Shown in pieces: positions 45,814 to 57,320 of a stretch of 64,000 bases of DNA. This stretch comes from Nitrosopumilus sp. Its GTDB lineage: Archaea; Thermoproteota; Nitrososphaeria; Nitrososphaerales; Nitrosopumilaceae. Position numbers and translations under genes: made by a program. The first letter of the stretch is position 1. Each line of letters starts with the position of its first letter. The stretch is from contig OZ242186.1 in NCBI GenBank assembly GCA_965205675.1, positions 704,001-768,000 of the forward strand, in the 5' to 3' direction. The notes under the pieces are model-generated. The model did no database searches, had not been told where the DNA came from, and worked only from the letters and a program-made list of their open reading frames with translations.

Positions 45814-46794
45814 TTGAGCAACAATAAATCTAATGATGCAGAAGATATTTTATCAGAATTTGATTCTAGAAATAAACCAGAACCAACACCAGAACCAACA
45901 CCAGAACCAACACCAGAACCAACACCAGAACCAACACCAGAACCAACACCAGAACCAACACCAGAACCAACACCAGAACCAACACCAGAACCAACACCAG
46001 AACCAACACCAGAACCAACACCAGAACCAACACCAGAACCAACACCAGAACCAACACCAGAACCAACACCAGAACCAACACCAGAACCAACACCAGAACC
46101 AACACCAGAACCAACACCAGAACCAACACCAGAACCAACACCAGAACCAACACCAGAACCAACACCAGAACCAACACCAGAACCAACACCAGAACCAACA
46201 CCAGAACCAACACCAGAACCAACACCAGAACCAACACCAGAACCAACACCAGAACCAACACCAGAACCAACACCAGAACCAACACCAGAACCAACACCAG
46301 AACCAACACCAGAACCAACACCAGAACCAACACCAGAACCAACACCAGAACCAACACCAGAACCAACACCAGAACCAACACCAGAACCAACACCAGAACC
46401 AACACCAGAACCAACACCAGAACCAACACCAGAACCAACACCAGAACCAACACCAGAACCAACACCAGAACCAACACCAGAACCAAGTTCCCCGGAAACT
46501 TCTAAATCTCCAAAAGCACCAGAAGAACGTGATGTAATCTTTGTTGGAACTAAACCCATAATGACTTATGTTTCTGCAACCTTAACTCAACTTTCAACTA
46601 GAACTATTGTTACTATCAAAGCAAGAGGTAAACGAATTACTCAAGCTGTTGATGTCTCTCAAATGATTGTAAAACGAATGGATTTTGTAGGATATGTAAT
46701 TAGTGATGTAAGAATTACATCTAATTCTTTAACCTCTCAAGATGGAAAAAAACGTAATGTTTCTACTATAGAAATTGATATTTCAAAAAATTAA
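45814..46794 (+). CDS. Alba-family DNA/RNA-binding protein with a long N-terminal (PEPT)50 tract
   Basis: C-terminal [34 protein letters not shown] is the Alba fold. Confidence 0.88.
   Translation: MSNNKSNDAEDILSEFDSRNKPEPTPEPTPEPTPEPTPEPTPEPTPEPTPEPTPEPTPEPTPEPTPEPTPEPTPEPTPEPTPEPTPEPTPEPTPEPTPEPTPEPTPEPTPEPTPEPTPEPTPEPTPEPTPEPTPEPTPEPTPEPTPEPTPEPTPEPTPEPTPEPTPEPTPEPTPEPTPEPTPEPTPEPTPEPTPEPTPEPTPEPTPEPTPEPTPEPTPEPTPEPSSPETSKSPKAPEERDVIFVGTKPIMTYVSATLTQLSTRTIVTIKARGKRITQAVDVSQMIVKRMDFVGYVISDVRITSNSLTSQDGKKRNVSTIEIDISKN
45877..46485 (+). repeat. Perfect 12-bp tandem repeat CCAGAACCAACA x50 (plus 9-bp partial)
   Basis: Counted directly; no variant units seen. Confidence 0.97.
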
Positions 46795-47011
46795 TCTAAC
46801 ATTCTTAATCATACTTTTAATTGGGATTTTGTTTGTTGTTGTAATTGGATTTACTTATGATCCTTGTGGACTTTCACATGTATTGATTTTAAATGAAATC
46901 TCTTCATACGAACAATCCTTAGATCCTGAATTTTGTGAAAATGTTGTTGAAAGAATTGATTTACACAATGATCAATGTAATTCATACATAGAAACTTTAG
47001 ATTGTGGTTAA
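46775..47011 (+). CDS. Small membrane-anchored Cys-containing protein
   Basis: TM helix followed by four Cys. Confidence 0.6.
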   Translation: MIFQKINLTFLIILLIGILFVVVIGFTYDPCGLSHVLILNEISSYEQSLDPEFCENVVERIDLHNDQCNSYIETLDCG

Positions 47012-47628
47012 GGTATGATATCTGTTATGAATGTAATTCCAAAATACACTAACAACAAACTTAATCCAACCATCATGATTTTATAATTTCTATTTGAGAT
47101 TACCTTTGAACTTTTTGATGCTAGAAATGATATTCCTCCTAACCAAACAAAATCCATCCAAATATGTAAGAAGAACATTATCACTATGCCTGAAAATGCC
47201 CAAATTAGCATGGCGTCTGAAATCAATTTGAATCCTATTGTTAGCCACCATATGATGAAAAATGGATTTAACGCACTAAGTAATATTCCTGTAATTAATG
47301 GTCCTTGCTTTGATTTTGTTGTGATCTTTTTGTTATTTTGTAATGTTGTTTTGATTTGAATTAATGCAAACACAAAAAGTGTAATTGCACCCACAACAGA
47401 AATTATTATTCTAAACTCTGGGAATGTTTTTAAAGAAAATGCCCCTATGCCTAACAAAACAATTAATGGAAATTCGACAATCGTATGGCCTATTGCCATC
47501 TTGATGCCTGATTTGGTTCCTTCTCGTAATCCATAGGATATATTTGCTGCAAAAAGTGGTCCTGGTGTCATCACTCCTGATGCAGAAATAACAATTACCA
47601 TTATAGCAAATTCAAAAATTTGAGTCAT
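47008..47628 (-). CDS. LysE-family translocator
   Basis: SGVMTPGPLF and SALNPFFIIWW motifs. Confidence 0.88.
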   Translation of the reverse strand: MTQIFEFAIMVIVISASGVMTPGPLFAANISYGLREGTKSGIKMAIGHTIVEFPLIVLLGIGAFSLKTFPEFRIIISVVGAITLFVFALIQIKTTLQNNKKITTKSKQGPLITGILLSALNPFFIIWWLTIGFKLISDAMLIWAFSGIVIMFFLHIWMDFVWLGGISFLASKSSKVISNRNYKIMMVGLSLLLVYFGITFITDIIP

Positions 47629-47673
47629 TGTTTTACTATTATCTGATTATGCAATAAATCCAGTTGAATTATT

Positions 47674-48387
47674 TTATCTATACATTGAATCTTTAAGATG
47701 TCTTGATTCTTCTTGCGTCTCTTTGATTGTGATTTCTGCTCTTTCAGCTTCTCTTTGTAATGATGGAATATCACAAGATGCTCCTGGAATTAATTTTGAC
47801 ATTGCCATACATAACTTTGCACTTGATTTAAAATCTGGACCTTCCCCATTGGTATGAAAAATTATCACTATGACATCTTGATTTATCATGTTTCCTTCAT
47901 TTAGTAATATTCCTGGAATTCCTGGTACAGTTCCGTGATCTAATATTTTGAGATCTGCTTTTTTTATTTTATTTCTTGCAGATTCGGTACTCCCAATCCC
48001 CATCATTTCTTCATTACCGTCTGGTGATTTTATTGCGACACTGCTTACAATTAATTTTATTTTTTGTTTTTTTGCCCATGACAACATTGTTTTTGCTATA
48101 ACTCTGTGTAGTGATTGATCTAATGTTAAATATGACAAAAATATGCCGACTTTCAATCCCTCATTTACAAAAATCCTTGTAGGAAATTCTGGCTTTCCTT
48201 TTTTTATTACGCTGATTGGGGGGAAACTATCTGAATCTATAACTCCCCCTAATTCAAATTGTGATGTATGAATCATTGATTCTGTTGCAATGGCGCTGCT
48301 GAATCCTATTGAGGGAAATCCATCTATGAGATATCCTTCTTCTAGATTCACTTTTTTAATTTCCCTAATTCGAATTCTGAGGCTCAA
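47674..48387 (-). CDS. PAC2-family (proteasome assembly chaperone-like) protein
   Basis: LIDGFPSIGFSSAIA and GPDFKSSA motifs. Confidence 0.85.
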   Translation of the reverse strand: MSLRIRIREIKKVNLEEGYLIDGFPSIGFSSAIATESMIHTSQFELGGVIDSDSFPPISVIKKGKPEFPTRIFVNEGLKVGIFLSYLTLDQSLHRVIAKTMLSWAKKQKIKLIVSSVAIKSPDGNEEMMGIGSTESARNKIKKADLKILDHGTVPGIPGILLNEGNMINQDVIVIIFHTNGEGPDFKSSAKLCMAMSKLIPGASCDIPSLQREAERAEITIKETQEESRHLKDSMYR

Positions 48388-48436
48388 TGATTACTTTGTA
48401 TATTGATCAAATAATAGTTTTTATCTGATTCTATTT

Positions 48437-49159
48437 TTATAATTTTGAAATTAATACCGCATAAATGAATGGCAATATTATTGCCCCTTCTGCATAAAGT
48501 GTTGATTGTTTTGCAATCTGCGCTACTTTCCCTCCCCGAAATGCCTCTCTTACTAATGCACCCCTAAGACTCCCATCAAATTTTTGTGCAGTAGTTATGT
48601 AAAACGCATAATCTGACCCTTCTCTATGTTGATTCCACCAATTGCCCAATAAAGAAAAGAATCTTCTTCCAAATGCATTCCAATCATCTTACAAATTTCT
48701 GTGGCACTCATCTCTTTGGCTTCTTTTTGATATTCTTCTTCCAAAAATCCCTGTATTTTTTCTTCAATTAACGGTTCGTAACTATCCACTGGGACGAGGA
48801 CGTTTCCTAATCTATGTCTTGATTTGTTAATTTCATATCGTCCATTGTAAATGACCCTTCTTTATAATGTGAAAAATGCCGTGCAATGTCGTGATCTAAT
48901 GCACCACATGTTGTAATTGCAACATCAAACCATTTGTTTTTGCTAATGTCTTTGATAATGCCTCTTAGGATTGTTGATACACAACTGCTTCTACAAATGA
49001 AATGAATCTTAAACATTTTTTATCTGAAATCATCTCTGTTAAAATTTCTAATCTGTTTGATGGGTTTACTGATTCAAATCCTTTTGATTTTGATAATTCT
49101 TCAATTTTTTTTAATGTGATGTTTGAATGAATTTCTATATCTTTAACTGGACGACCTAT
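48437..49159 (-). pseudogene. Deoxyhypusine synthase-like pseudogene
   Basis: Fragments GRPVKD, ITTCGALDHDIAR, SFLYWA and WWNQHR..DYAFYITTA..DGSL in different frames; start reads ATA; only ~720 bp remain. Confidence 0.85.
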
Positions 49160-49274
49160 AGGTCTATCGTGAATTTGTGTGTTGGTGTCAAGTATAAAAT
49201 CCTGCCTTCGTCAAAATGATTTTTCTCTATTCTCTAAGAAAACTTTAAACCCATCTAATAACACCAAATTTAGA

Positions 49275-50369
49275 ATGACGGGAAGAATTAAAGTTGGTTT
49301 GGTGGGTATTGGTAATTGTTTTTCTGGTCTTATTCAGGGAATTGAATATTATAGAAAAAACCCTACTCAAGAAGTTACTGGAATTATTCATGATAAATTA
49401 GCTGGTTATGGTATTCATGATATTGATTTTGTTTGTGGTTTTGATGTTGGTGAAAATAAAGTTGGAAAACTTCTTCATGAAGGAATCTATGCATTTCCCA
49501 ATATGGTTGATTGGATTCCTCAAGATGAATTACCAAAAAACGATGCCAAAATTTACGAAAGTCCAATTCTAGATGGTGTTGGGCTGTGGGTTGAAAATCG
49601 AATAAAACCTATTGAAAATCCAAAATCTGTAGAACAAATAACTGAAGAAGTTAAAAAAGTAATCAAAGATTCTGGTGTTGAAATAATTGTATCTTATTTG
49701 CCTGTTGGTTCTGATAAAGTAACTGAATATTGGGCACAGATTTGCCTTGATACTAATACTGCATTTGTAAATTGCATTCCTTCGTTTATAGCGTCTGATG
49801 AAACATGGGCAAAAAAATTTGCAGACAGAAATATTCCTTGTATCGGCGATGATATCAAAGGACAAGTTGGTGCCACTATTGTTCATAGAACTTTAGCTAA
49901 ATTATGTAATGATAGAGGAACTAAAATTGAAAAAACATATCAAATCAATGTTGGTGGCAACACTGATTTCTTAAACATGAAAGAACAAGATAGACTCGTT
50001 TCAAAGAAGATTTCTAAAACTGAAAGTGTTCAAAGTCAGCTTGATGAAAGATTAGATGATGATCAAATTTATGTCGGCCCTTCTGACTTTATTCCTTTTT
50101 TAGGTAACACAAAACTCATGTTTATGCGAATTGAAGGTCGTCAATGGGCAAATATCCCTTACAATATGGAAGTACGTTTAGAAGTTGATGACAAAGCTAA
50201 TTCTGCAGGCATTGTAATTGATGCAATCCGATTAGCACGAATTGCACTTGATAGAGGCGTGGGCGGACCAATCAAGCCTGCTAGTGCATATTTAATGAAA
50301 CATCCTATTGAACAAACTTCTGATGTTAAAGCAAAAGCTGCTTGTGAAGAATTTGTTGCAGGTGACTAG
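49275..50369 (+). CDS. ino1: Myo-inositol-1-phosphate synthase
   Basis: VGLVGIGNC, GDDIKGQVGAT, NVGGNTDFLNM and DKANSAG motifs; start set at ATG 49275. Confidence 0.93.
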   Translation: MTGRIKVGLVGIGNCFSGLIQGIEYYRKNPTQEVTGIIHDKLAGYGIHDIDFVCGFDVGENKVGKLLHEGIYAFPNMVDWIPQDELPKNDAKIYESPILDGVGLWVENRIKPIENPKSVEQITEEVKKVIKDSGVEIIVSYLPVGSDKVTEYWAQICLDTNTAFVNCIPSFIASDETWAKKFADRNIPCIGDDIKGQVGATIVHRTLAKLCNDRGTKIEKTYQINVGGNTDFLNMKEQDRLVSKKISKTESVQSQLDERLDDDQIYVGPSDFIPFLGNTKLMFMRIEGRQWANIPYNMEVRLEVDDKANSAGIVIDAIRLARIALDRGVGGPIKPASAYLMKHPIEQTSDVKAKAACEEFVAGD

Positions 50370-50384
50370 TCACTGAAATTATTC

Positions 50385-51600
50385 ATGTGAATTGTTTTGA
50401 TACATTTCATCTCTTTCTAAACATTAGGGCATGGCTTTCGTTAGAGAATGGTTTCAATCAAAAGATGGCAGACATGTATCCATACGAGACTATTCTCTCA
50501 ATGCTATCTTCATCCTAGTTAGGATTGTTCGCAGTTATTAGACGAGGCCTTGTCCCTCATAAATTTCAACGCGACTTGCAGTCCTAACTATAATTTTGTA
50601 CAAATTCTCTCCTCTCCTTTAACATCCAATAAATAACACGCAATAACTTTGATGCACCAGCTACTGCAGCTTTGGATGATCCTCTTTTCTTTTTAATGCG
50701 ATTATAAAATTTTGTAATGTCGCTATCTGGTGCGTATCTAACATGTGCATGAATTGCCTCCACTAGCAACCATCTTAGCATGGTGCTTCCTCTCTTTGTA
50801 ATTCTTCCGTGATGTATTGTATCTGCAGAATTTCTCACCGATGGAACAATCCCTGCATATGCACATAACTTGTGAGAATTTGAAAATCTACTAATCTCTG
50901 CAATTTCTGAGAATATGCTCAATGCTGTGTATGGTCCAACTCCAGGTGTTGATATCAAAATACACACATCAGGATTATCATTTACCATGCGACGTATCAT
51001 GGAATCTATTTTTGCAACCTCCTTTTTGTGAAATTTTATGCTTTGTAGGTACGAATCTATTCTATAACTCTCCAATTTTCCAAGTGCACGTATGTGTTCT
51101 GAGGAAAATGGTGTTGCTTTGATATGGATTCCCTCCTGTAGTGTAATACCATGTATGGAATTCTTCATCTTTACAATAACGCGTATAATCTTGTGTCGAT
51201 GTCTTACAAGCTGTCTGTATTGCACAATTGTGTGATCTGGCACAAATGATTCTGCAATGTATCCCTCCTCGTAGCAAATTTGCAAGATGGTACGCATCAA
51301 TTTTATCAGTCTTTTTGAGTGATGATGCTATTATCTTTGTGTTGTATGGATTAGATAGTATAACATCAAGATGTAATTTGTCTGTCATGTGTCTATAAAG
51401 GCCATACCAGACAGATGATGACTCTAAAACATATTTTGCGTTCTTTGGAATTTTGGATGTAATTTTGCTAATAGCAGAAAAATCACTGGAAATCTTTTTG
51501 TTAAATAATAATTTGCCAATCTCATCTACTGCTGCCACCTGTACAGAGTTCTTGTGAACATCCAATCCTACAAACATCAAATATTTTTTTTCAGGAAGGG
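50385..51600 (-). mobile_element. IS110-family element; transposase 50584-51577 split by a 1-nt frameshift near 51265; ~200-nt 3' non-coding end (boundaries approximate)
   Basis: VGLDVHK, LESS, KTDKIDA (DEDD RuvC-like) and PGVG..AYAGIVPSVRNSA..GRITKRG (Tnp domain) motifs. Confidence 0.88.
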
Positions 51601-51694
51601 TAGTGTGTTTGTTTGCATTTCTTACTTTCTTGATACGAATGCAAGTACCATCTAATTTCCTAGCTGATTTTGGCACATATGGTTATAGTTATTA

Positions 51695-51832
51695 GACCTC
51701 TTGCGTAATTATAGAGATTTTTTCTCAAATTTTGTATTTTAACAGAATTCATACCTGAAAATTCAAATTTCTCAACCAATTTGAAAAATCCTGCAGCAAA
51801 ATTCACGCCTAGAAATAATCACGCAAGACGTC
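51695..51832. mobile_element. 138-bp MITE, copy 2 (inverted relative to copy 1)
   Basis: Reverse complement of 28634-28771 with one visible mismatch; flanked by TATTA on both sides. Confidence 0.9.
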
Positions 51833-51837
51833 TATTA

Positions 51838-52560
51838 TTAGAATCTGAAAATCTAACTCTTCTACTCTCTTCATATTTGTCCAAATCAAATTCTTCACTT
51901 GATCCACATTTCCCATTTAGTCTCATAACTTTTGTTGTCATTACTTTGTTATTTTTGATTAAATCTATGGTGAGACTACCGCCAAATCTCTGATTCTCTA
52001 CATTTGCTGCTAAAATTGGGACTCTTCTCCAATGCTCTAACTTGAACATACATCTGTCATGGTTTAATCCCCCGTTGGACTATTCGACTTGGTGAAAACA
52101 ATGCTTTGGCTCCTTTTTTTACAAATGTGTTGGCTACTTTGCAAATACCCTGTCGTAACAAATCACCACTCCAAATTTGCAGGCTATATCAAAAATTTTA
52201 GCCTCTTTTCTAGGCTTGACATTATCTCGTTTAGTCAAAAGGATGGATTTTTTCTTATCTGCCTATGACATCGTCTTTGGGTCAACCCCCTATTATTGGA
52301 GAAATTATTGATGACTTAGCCTTGATGATTCCATAAAATGCTCCTAGAATTGTGGTCGTGGAAAATTCTTTTGTTATTTTCTTAAACTCTGAAAATTCTA
52401 CATCAGAATCATCTATCTCGTTATTTCTTAGCCATTGCTCTGGCAGGCATACAATGTTCGTGTCTGTCCTTCCTAATTTTTTTAAAATTTTTGAAACTTG
52501 TTCAATTCCTTTTTGATTTGTACTTTGTGATGTAATTTGAATTAATCCAAGCTTTGCCAC
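51838..52560 (-). pseudogene. Carbon-nitrogen hydrolase (nitrilase family) pseudogene
   Basis: KLGLIQ..IVCLPEQWL N-terminus, stop after 92 aa, then fragments (LFSPSRI, PILAANVENQRFGG) in other frames. Confidence 0.8.
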
Positions 52561-52741
52561 GAATTTACAATTCTTTATTGGTAATTATAGTGGGTGTAAA
52601 CACGCGATCAATTTACAAATTTATCTTTAATATGATTTGACCACTACGAAAAATATCATAACACAACAAGAAAAATTATGCAATTATGTCAATTAAACTT
52701 GTTAACTACCGATTATCCTTCGTATTAAGAAATTATTATCA

Positions 52742-55700
52742 TTGGTTCATGTAAAAAAAGTTGAGATCTTTGGTTTCAAGTCATTTGGATTTAAGAATAC
52801 TACAGTTCAGTTTGAACCTGGACTTGTTTCAATTTCTGGACCAAACGGTTCTGGTAAAAGTAACATCTTGGATGCCATTATTTTTGCAATGGGTGAAAAT
52901 AAGCCAAAAGTTATGAGAGTTGATAAACTCCGATCACTTATTCACGATATTGAAGGAAATAGACGTGGACCAAAAATGGCCCGATCAAGTGTCCACTTTG
53001 ATAATTTGGATAGAAAAATCCCTGTAGATGCTGACATTGTTGAAATTACTAGAGAGATGGATGGAAATGGTGAAAATACATACTATCTAAACAAAAAGAA
53101 AACAAACCGAAGCCATATTCTTGATTTACTTGATATGGCAAATGCTGGTTTAGGGCAATTAAATGCTATACAACAAGGAACCGTTACTCGAATTTCTGAA
53201 TTCACATCTGAGGAAAAACGAAAAACTATTGAGGATTTAATTGGTCTTTCATATTTTGATGATAAAAAAATAGAATCTATAAAACAACTAGATGAAGCAG
53301 ATAGAAGACTGGAAATTGCTCTTGCCAAAATGGGTGAAATCAAAAAAAGAATTGATGAACTTGAAGAAGAAAGAAACCAAAAGCTACGTCATGATATCCT
53401 TGAAAGAGAACTAAATCGGTACAAAGCTATTGATGCGGCCAATAAAATGAAGGATATTTCTGGCAAAAAAGCTATCAAAGAGACTACTTTACACACTTTG
53501 ACTACCAAAGTCACAAAATTTGAAGAAGAGCGGATTTTTCTACGAACAGAAATTGAAACGCTTGAAACTAAAAAATCGAAATTGATGGGGGAAGCTGATG
53601 CTTACAATCAAACAAAATCTGCCTTAGATTCTGAAATTGCTACAGCAATGGAACAATATGAAACTGACAATAGTTTAATCTCTGTATCTCAAAAAAGAAT
53701 TAAAGTAATTTCCACAAGAGTTCCTGAACTTAAGATAGAATTAGACTCTATTAGTAATGCACGAACTGATATTGATACTCAAATTCAAAAAATAAAAGAA
53801 TCTATACAAGAAATAAATGAAAAGAAAAACAACATTGATAGAGAATTAGAGATTGTAGATTCTCAAAGACAAAAAGTATTATCCAAACAATCCGAAGCTG
53901 CCGCTAAAAAGTCTATGATTGATGAAAAAATTAAAACACTTAATGTACAACTAAACGATGCAAAATTAAAATTTTCCAAAGATCAATATGAAAAAAAACA
54001 ATCTTCACAAATTATTGAAACAAATTCTTCAAAATTATCTGATATAGAATCTGCAATTGAAGACCTAAGTAAAGCACAAACTCAACTGGAATCCTTAATG
54101 CAAAATAATAAAGCTACAATCACTGAATTAAAATCTAGAATAAAAAAATACTCTGTGAAAAAATCTCGCATTCTTACTGATTTAGACGAATGGGGACAAA
54201 TTATTGAAAAATCAGATCAACAAGCAACACGTTATGAATCTAAAATTAAAACTGTTAAAGGATTCATGCATGAAGACTATACTGTTGCAAAATTAAAAGA
54301 AGATGCACAAAGACTTGGTATTGAAGGACTAGTATACGAAATGATTTCTTGGGATAAAAAATATGAACGTTCAGTTTTAGCAGCTAGCTCTGATTGGATT
54401 AAAGCAATTGTTGTCAAAGACTTTGCAACACTATTGGGAATAGCCGAAGTTGCAAGGGATAAAAAACTTCCAAAATTAAAAATTATTCCACTTGATGCTA
54501 TTCCAAAGTTCAAATTAACTCTTCCAAAAGAACCTGGAGTTATAGGGGTCTTATCTGATAATGTGAGATGTAATCCTGCATATTCTGCACTCAAAACTTT
54601 TCTGTTTGGTAATATTGTTCTAACTGAGACTAGGGAATCTGCCTATAATCTATCTCAATCTGGCTATAAAGCAGTAACTCTTGGTGGCGAATTCTTTGAA
54701 GTTAAAGGCAGTACTGTCACAATTGATAACAATTCTAAAATTTCAAAACTTACGAAATTAATTTCTCTAAGTAGCGACATTGAAGGTTTGTTCCAATCTA
54801 TTAGTTTAGTCAAAAAAATAATGCTAAATAAAAAACAAGAAATCAAAAAACTAGATAATGCCATTAAATTAAACAACGACAGACTTTCATTATCTGAAAA
54901 ATCTTTGTCCTCTGCCACAGAAAATCACTCTAATTTAAAATCTAGACTTTCATCTGTATTTGTTATAAAAGAACAATTAACAAAAAGGATTTTGGATTTA
55001 ACTGCCAAAAATAATCTCCTTGAATCTCAAATTAGCGCTGATGAATCTCACATTGATTCTATAGATGATCAAATCTCAATTGTTGGACAAACTTATGCAA
55101 GTGGTGAACAAACTAGAATTGCAAGTGAATTACAAAGCATCAATCTTAAAAAAACAGAGATTGAAAAATTACATACTACTATTATGACTGAATATCGTGA
55201 TCAGTCATATCAACTTACAACTATGGAGACACAGGATAATCTGGAAAAATCTCAATCTAGCCGTCTTCATGATGAAGAAAATTCCCTCAAATCTGAACAA
55301 GAAGAATTAGAAATAAAAATTAAAGAGCTAGAATCTCAAAAAGAATCAAAAAATAAAATTCTTGTAGAACTTAGAGAAAAAGAACAAGAACTTATCTCTT
55401 CATCTGGTTCTTCTATTGGTCAATTAAAAGAATATGATGATAAATTAAAAATTGTATCTGAAAAGGATAAAGAACTTACAAAACAGATCAATGCTATTGA
55501 ACGACAATCTGATTCTTTGAGTCGTGACTTGTCTGATTTAATAGAAAAAGAAACTAAATTACGGCAACTATTGTCTGCACTTGGGTTTGATAAAGATGTG
55601 GAGACATTTGATGTTGAGTCTATTGTACATGGTTTAACAACTGAGTTGTTATCTCTTAATGCATTAAATGCCAAAGCTCCTGAAACATACATTGAAGTAT

Positions 55701-56266
55701 CTTATGGCTACCGTTCAATGTCTACTAGAAAGAACTCTCTTGAATCTGAACGAAACTCTATTGTAAAATTCATTGAAGATATTGAAAAAGACAAACGTCA
55801 AACTTTCTTGGATGCCTTTGATAAAGTCGATAAAGAGATTCGCTTAATTTTCAATAAAATGACTGATGGTAATGCTTGGCTAGAATTACAAAATGAAGAT
55901 GATATTTTTAATTCTGGAATCTCTTATTTGATTCAATTCCCAAATAAACCAAAAAGAGAATCTACTTCGATTAGTGGTGGTGAGAAAACATTAGCTGCAA
56001 TTGTATTTGTTTTGGCTTTACAAAAACTAAAACCATCCCCGTTTTACTTGTTTGATGAAGTTGATGCACATCTTGATGCGCCAAACTCTAAAAGACTGGC
56101 AAAAATTTTAGAGGAAAGATCTAAAGAAAGCCAATTCATAATGGTGTCTCTTAAAGATTCTGTTATACAAAAAGCAAAACTGATCTATGGTGTATTTCCA
56201 AAAAACGGCGTATCTAATGTTGTCACTTACAAAGATAAGCGATTGCCTTCTGTGAAAACTTCCTAA
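52742..56266 (+). CDS. smc: Chromosome segregation protein SMC
   Basis: GPNGSGKSN, coiled coils, hinge, ISGGEKTL and FDEVDAHLD motifs. Confidence 0.97.
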   Translation: MVHVKKVEIFGFKSFGFKNTTVQFEPGLVSISGPNGSGKSNILDAIIFAMGENKPKVMRVDKLRSLIHDIEGNRRGPKMARSSVHFDNLDRKIPVDADIVEITREMDGNGENTYYLNKKKTNRSHILDLLDMANAGLGQLNAIQQGTVTRISEFTSEEKRKTIEDLIGLSYFDDKKIESIKQLDEADRRLEIALAKMGEIKKRIDELEEERNQKLRHDILERELNRYKAIDAANKMKDISGKKAIKETTLHTLTTKVTKFEEERIFLRTEIETLETKKSKLMGEADAYNQTKSALDSEIATAMEQYETDNSLISVSQKRIKVISTRVPELKIELDSISNARTDIDTQIQKIKESIQEINEKKNNIDRELEIVDSQRQKVLSKQSEAAAKKSMIDEKIKTLNVQLNDAKLKFSKDQYEKKQSSQIIETNSSKLSDIESAIEDLSKAQTQLESLMQNNKATITELKSRIKKYSVKKSRILTDLDEWGQIIEKSDQQATRYESKIKTVKGFMHEDYTVAKLKEDAQRLGIEGLVYEMISWDKKYERSVLAASSDWIKAIVVKDFATLLGIAEVARDKKLPKLKIIPLDAIPKFKLTLPKEPGVIGVLSDNVRCNPAYSALKTFLFGNIVLTETRESAYNLSQSGYKAVTLGGEFFEVKGSTVTIDNNSKISKLTKLISLSSDIEGLFQSISLVKKIMLNKKQEIKKLDNAIKLNNDRLSLSEKSLSSATENHSNLKSRLSSVFVIKEQLTKRILDLTAKNNLLESQISADESHIDSIDDQISIVGQTYASGEQTRIASELQSINLKKTEIEKLHTTIMTEYRDQSYQLTTMETQDNLEKSQSSRLHDEENSLKSEQEELEIKIKELESQKESKNKILVELREKEQELISSSGSSIGQLKEYDDKLKIVSEKDKELTKQINAIERQSDSLSRDLSDLIEKETKLRQLLSALGFDKDVETFDVESIVHGLTTELLSLNALNAKAPETYIEVSYGYRSMSTRKNSLESERNSIVKFIEDIEKDKRQTFLDAFDKVDKEIRLIFNKMTDGNAWLELQNEDDIFNSGISYLIQFPNKPKRESTSISGGEKTLAAIVFVLALQKLKPSPFYLFDEVDAHLDAPNSKRLAKILEERSKESQFIMVSLKDSVIQKAKLIYGVFPKNGVSNVVTYKDKRLPSVKTS

Positions 56267-57225
56267 TCTAATTCCACATAACATGCAGAATAATGTTCAT
56301 CAATTTGTTCTAATTTTGGCTCTTTCACACATTTGTCAATAACATATGGACATCTTGTTCTAAATCTACATCCTTGGTAAATATCCTCACCTGTTGATTC
56401 TTTTATTCTGATTTTCTTCTCCCTGTGCAAATTATCTGGATCTGGCTCTGAGATTGCATCAATTAACGCCTGAGTATATGGGTGTCTTGGTTTATTTAGC
56501 ACTTGGTTAATTGGGCCCATCTCCACAATCTTCCCCCTATACAAAATTCCTATTCTCTGACCAAAATATTTGGCAGTAGCTAAATCATGTGTAATATAGA
56601 TAAATGAAATATCGTATTTTTTTTGTAGTTTATGCATTAACTCAAGTATTTCTGCTCTAATTGATACATCTAACATTGATACAGGTTCATCTGCAAGAAT
56701 TATTTTTGGTTTTAATGCAAGTGTTCTTGCTAAGACTACTCTTTGTCTCTGTCCTCCTGATAACACATGTGGATATTTATTCATAATTTCTCTAGTTGGT
56801 TCTAGTTTGACTTCTTGTAAAACTTCCATCACTCTTTTGTCTCTGTCTTCTTTATTTCCTATTTTGTGTATTTCTAATGGTTCTGATACAATGTCTTTAA
56901 TTTTCATTCTTGGGTTAATCGAGTCATAAGGATCCTGATGGATCATTTGGCAGTTCATTCTAATTTTTGCTATGTTGTCTTTTTTATTGTCTATCTCTTG
57001 TTCTTCAAAAAATATTTTTCCAGAATCTAATTCAATTGATTTTAAAATCAACTTGGCAATTGTAGATTTTCCAGAACCTGATTCTCCTGCTAAAACAAAC
57101 ACTTCCCCTTTTTTTAATGAAAAAGATACATCATCTGTAGCTCTGACAGTGTTTGATTTTGTTCCAAATATCCCTTTTTTTGTAAAATATTTTTTTAAAT
57201 GTTCTACTTTTAATATCTCATTCAT
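56263..57225 (-). CDS. Oligopeptide/dipeptide ABC transporter ATP-binding subunit
   Basis: GESGSGKST, LSGGQRQR, ADEP, HPYT and GCRFRTRC motifs. Confidence 0.93.
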   Translation of the reverse strand: MNEILKVEHLKKYFTKKGIFGTKSNTVRATDDVSFSLKKGEVFVLAGESGSGKSTIAKLILKSIELDSGKIFFEEQEIDNKKDNIAKIRMNCQMIHQDPYDSINPRMKIKDIVSEPLEIHKIGNKEDRDKRVMEVLQEVKLEPTREIMNKYPHVLSGGQRQRVVLARTLALKPKIILADEPVSMLDVSIRAEILELMHKLQKKYDISFIYITHDLATAKYFGQRIGILYRGKIVEMGPINQVLNKPRHPYTQALIDAISEPDPDNLHREKKIRIKESTGEDIYQGCRFRTRCPYVIDKCVKEPKLEQIDEHYSACYVELD

Positions 57226-57320
57226 TACTTGTTGTTATATCTCAAAGTATATCAAGAAATATCTTTTATGCATAAAATTTGGGATAACGCATTTATGCTA
57301 AATAAAGATCGATCTAATAC

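Noticed and set aside
45795-46559. Poly-(GVGS), poly-(QNQH) and poly-(VL) ORFs
   Set aside because: Alternative frames of the 12-bp repeat; only the PEPT frame joins a recognisable domain (Alba).
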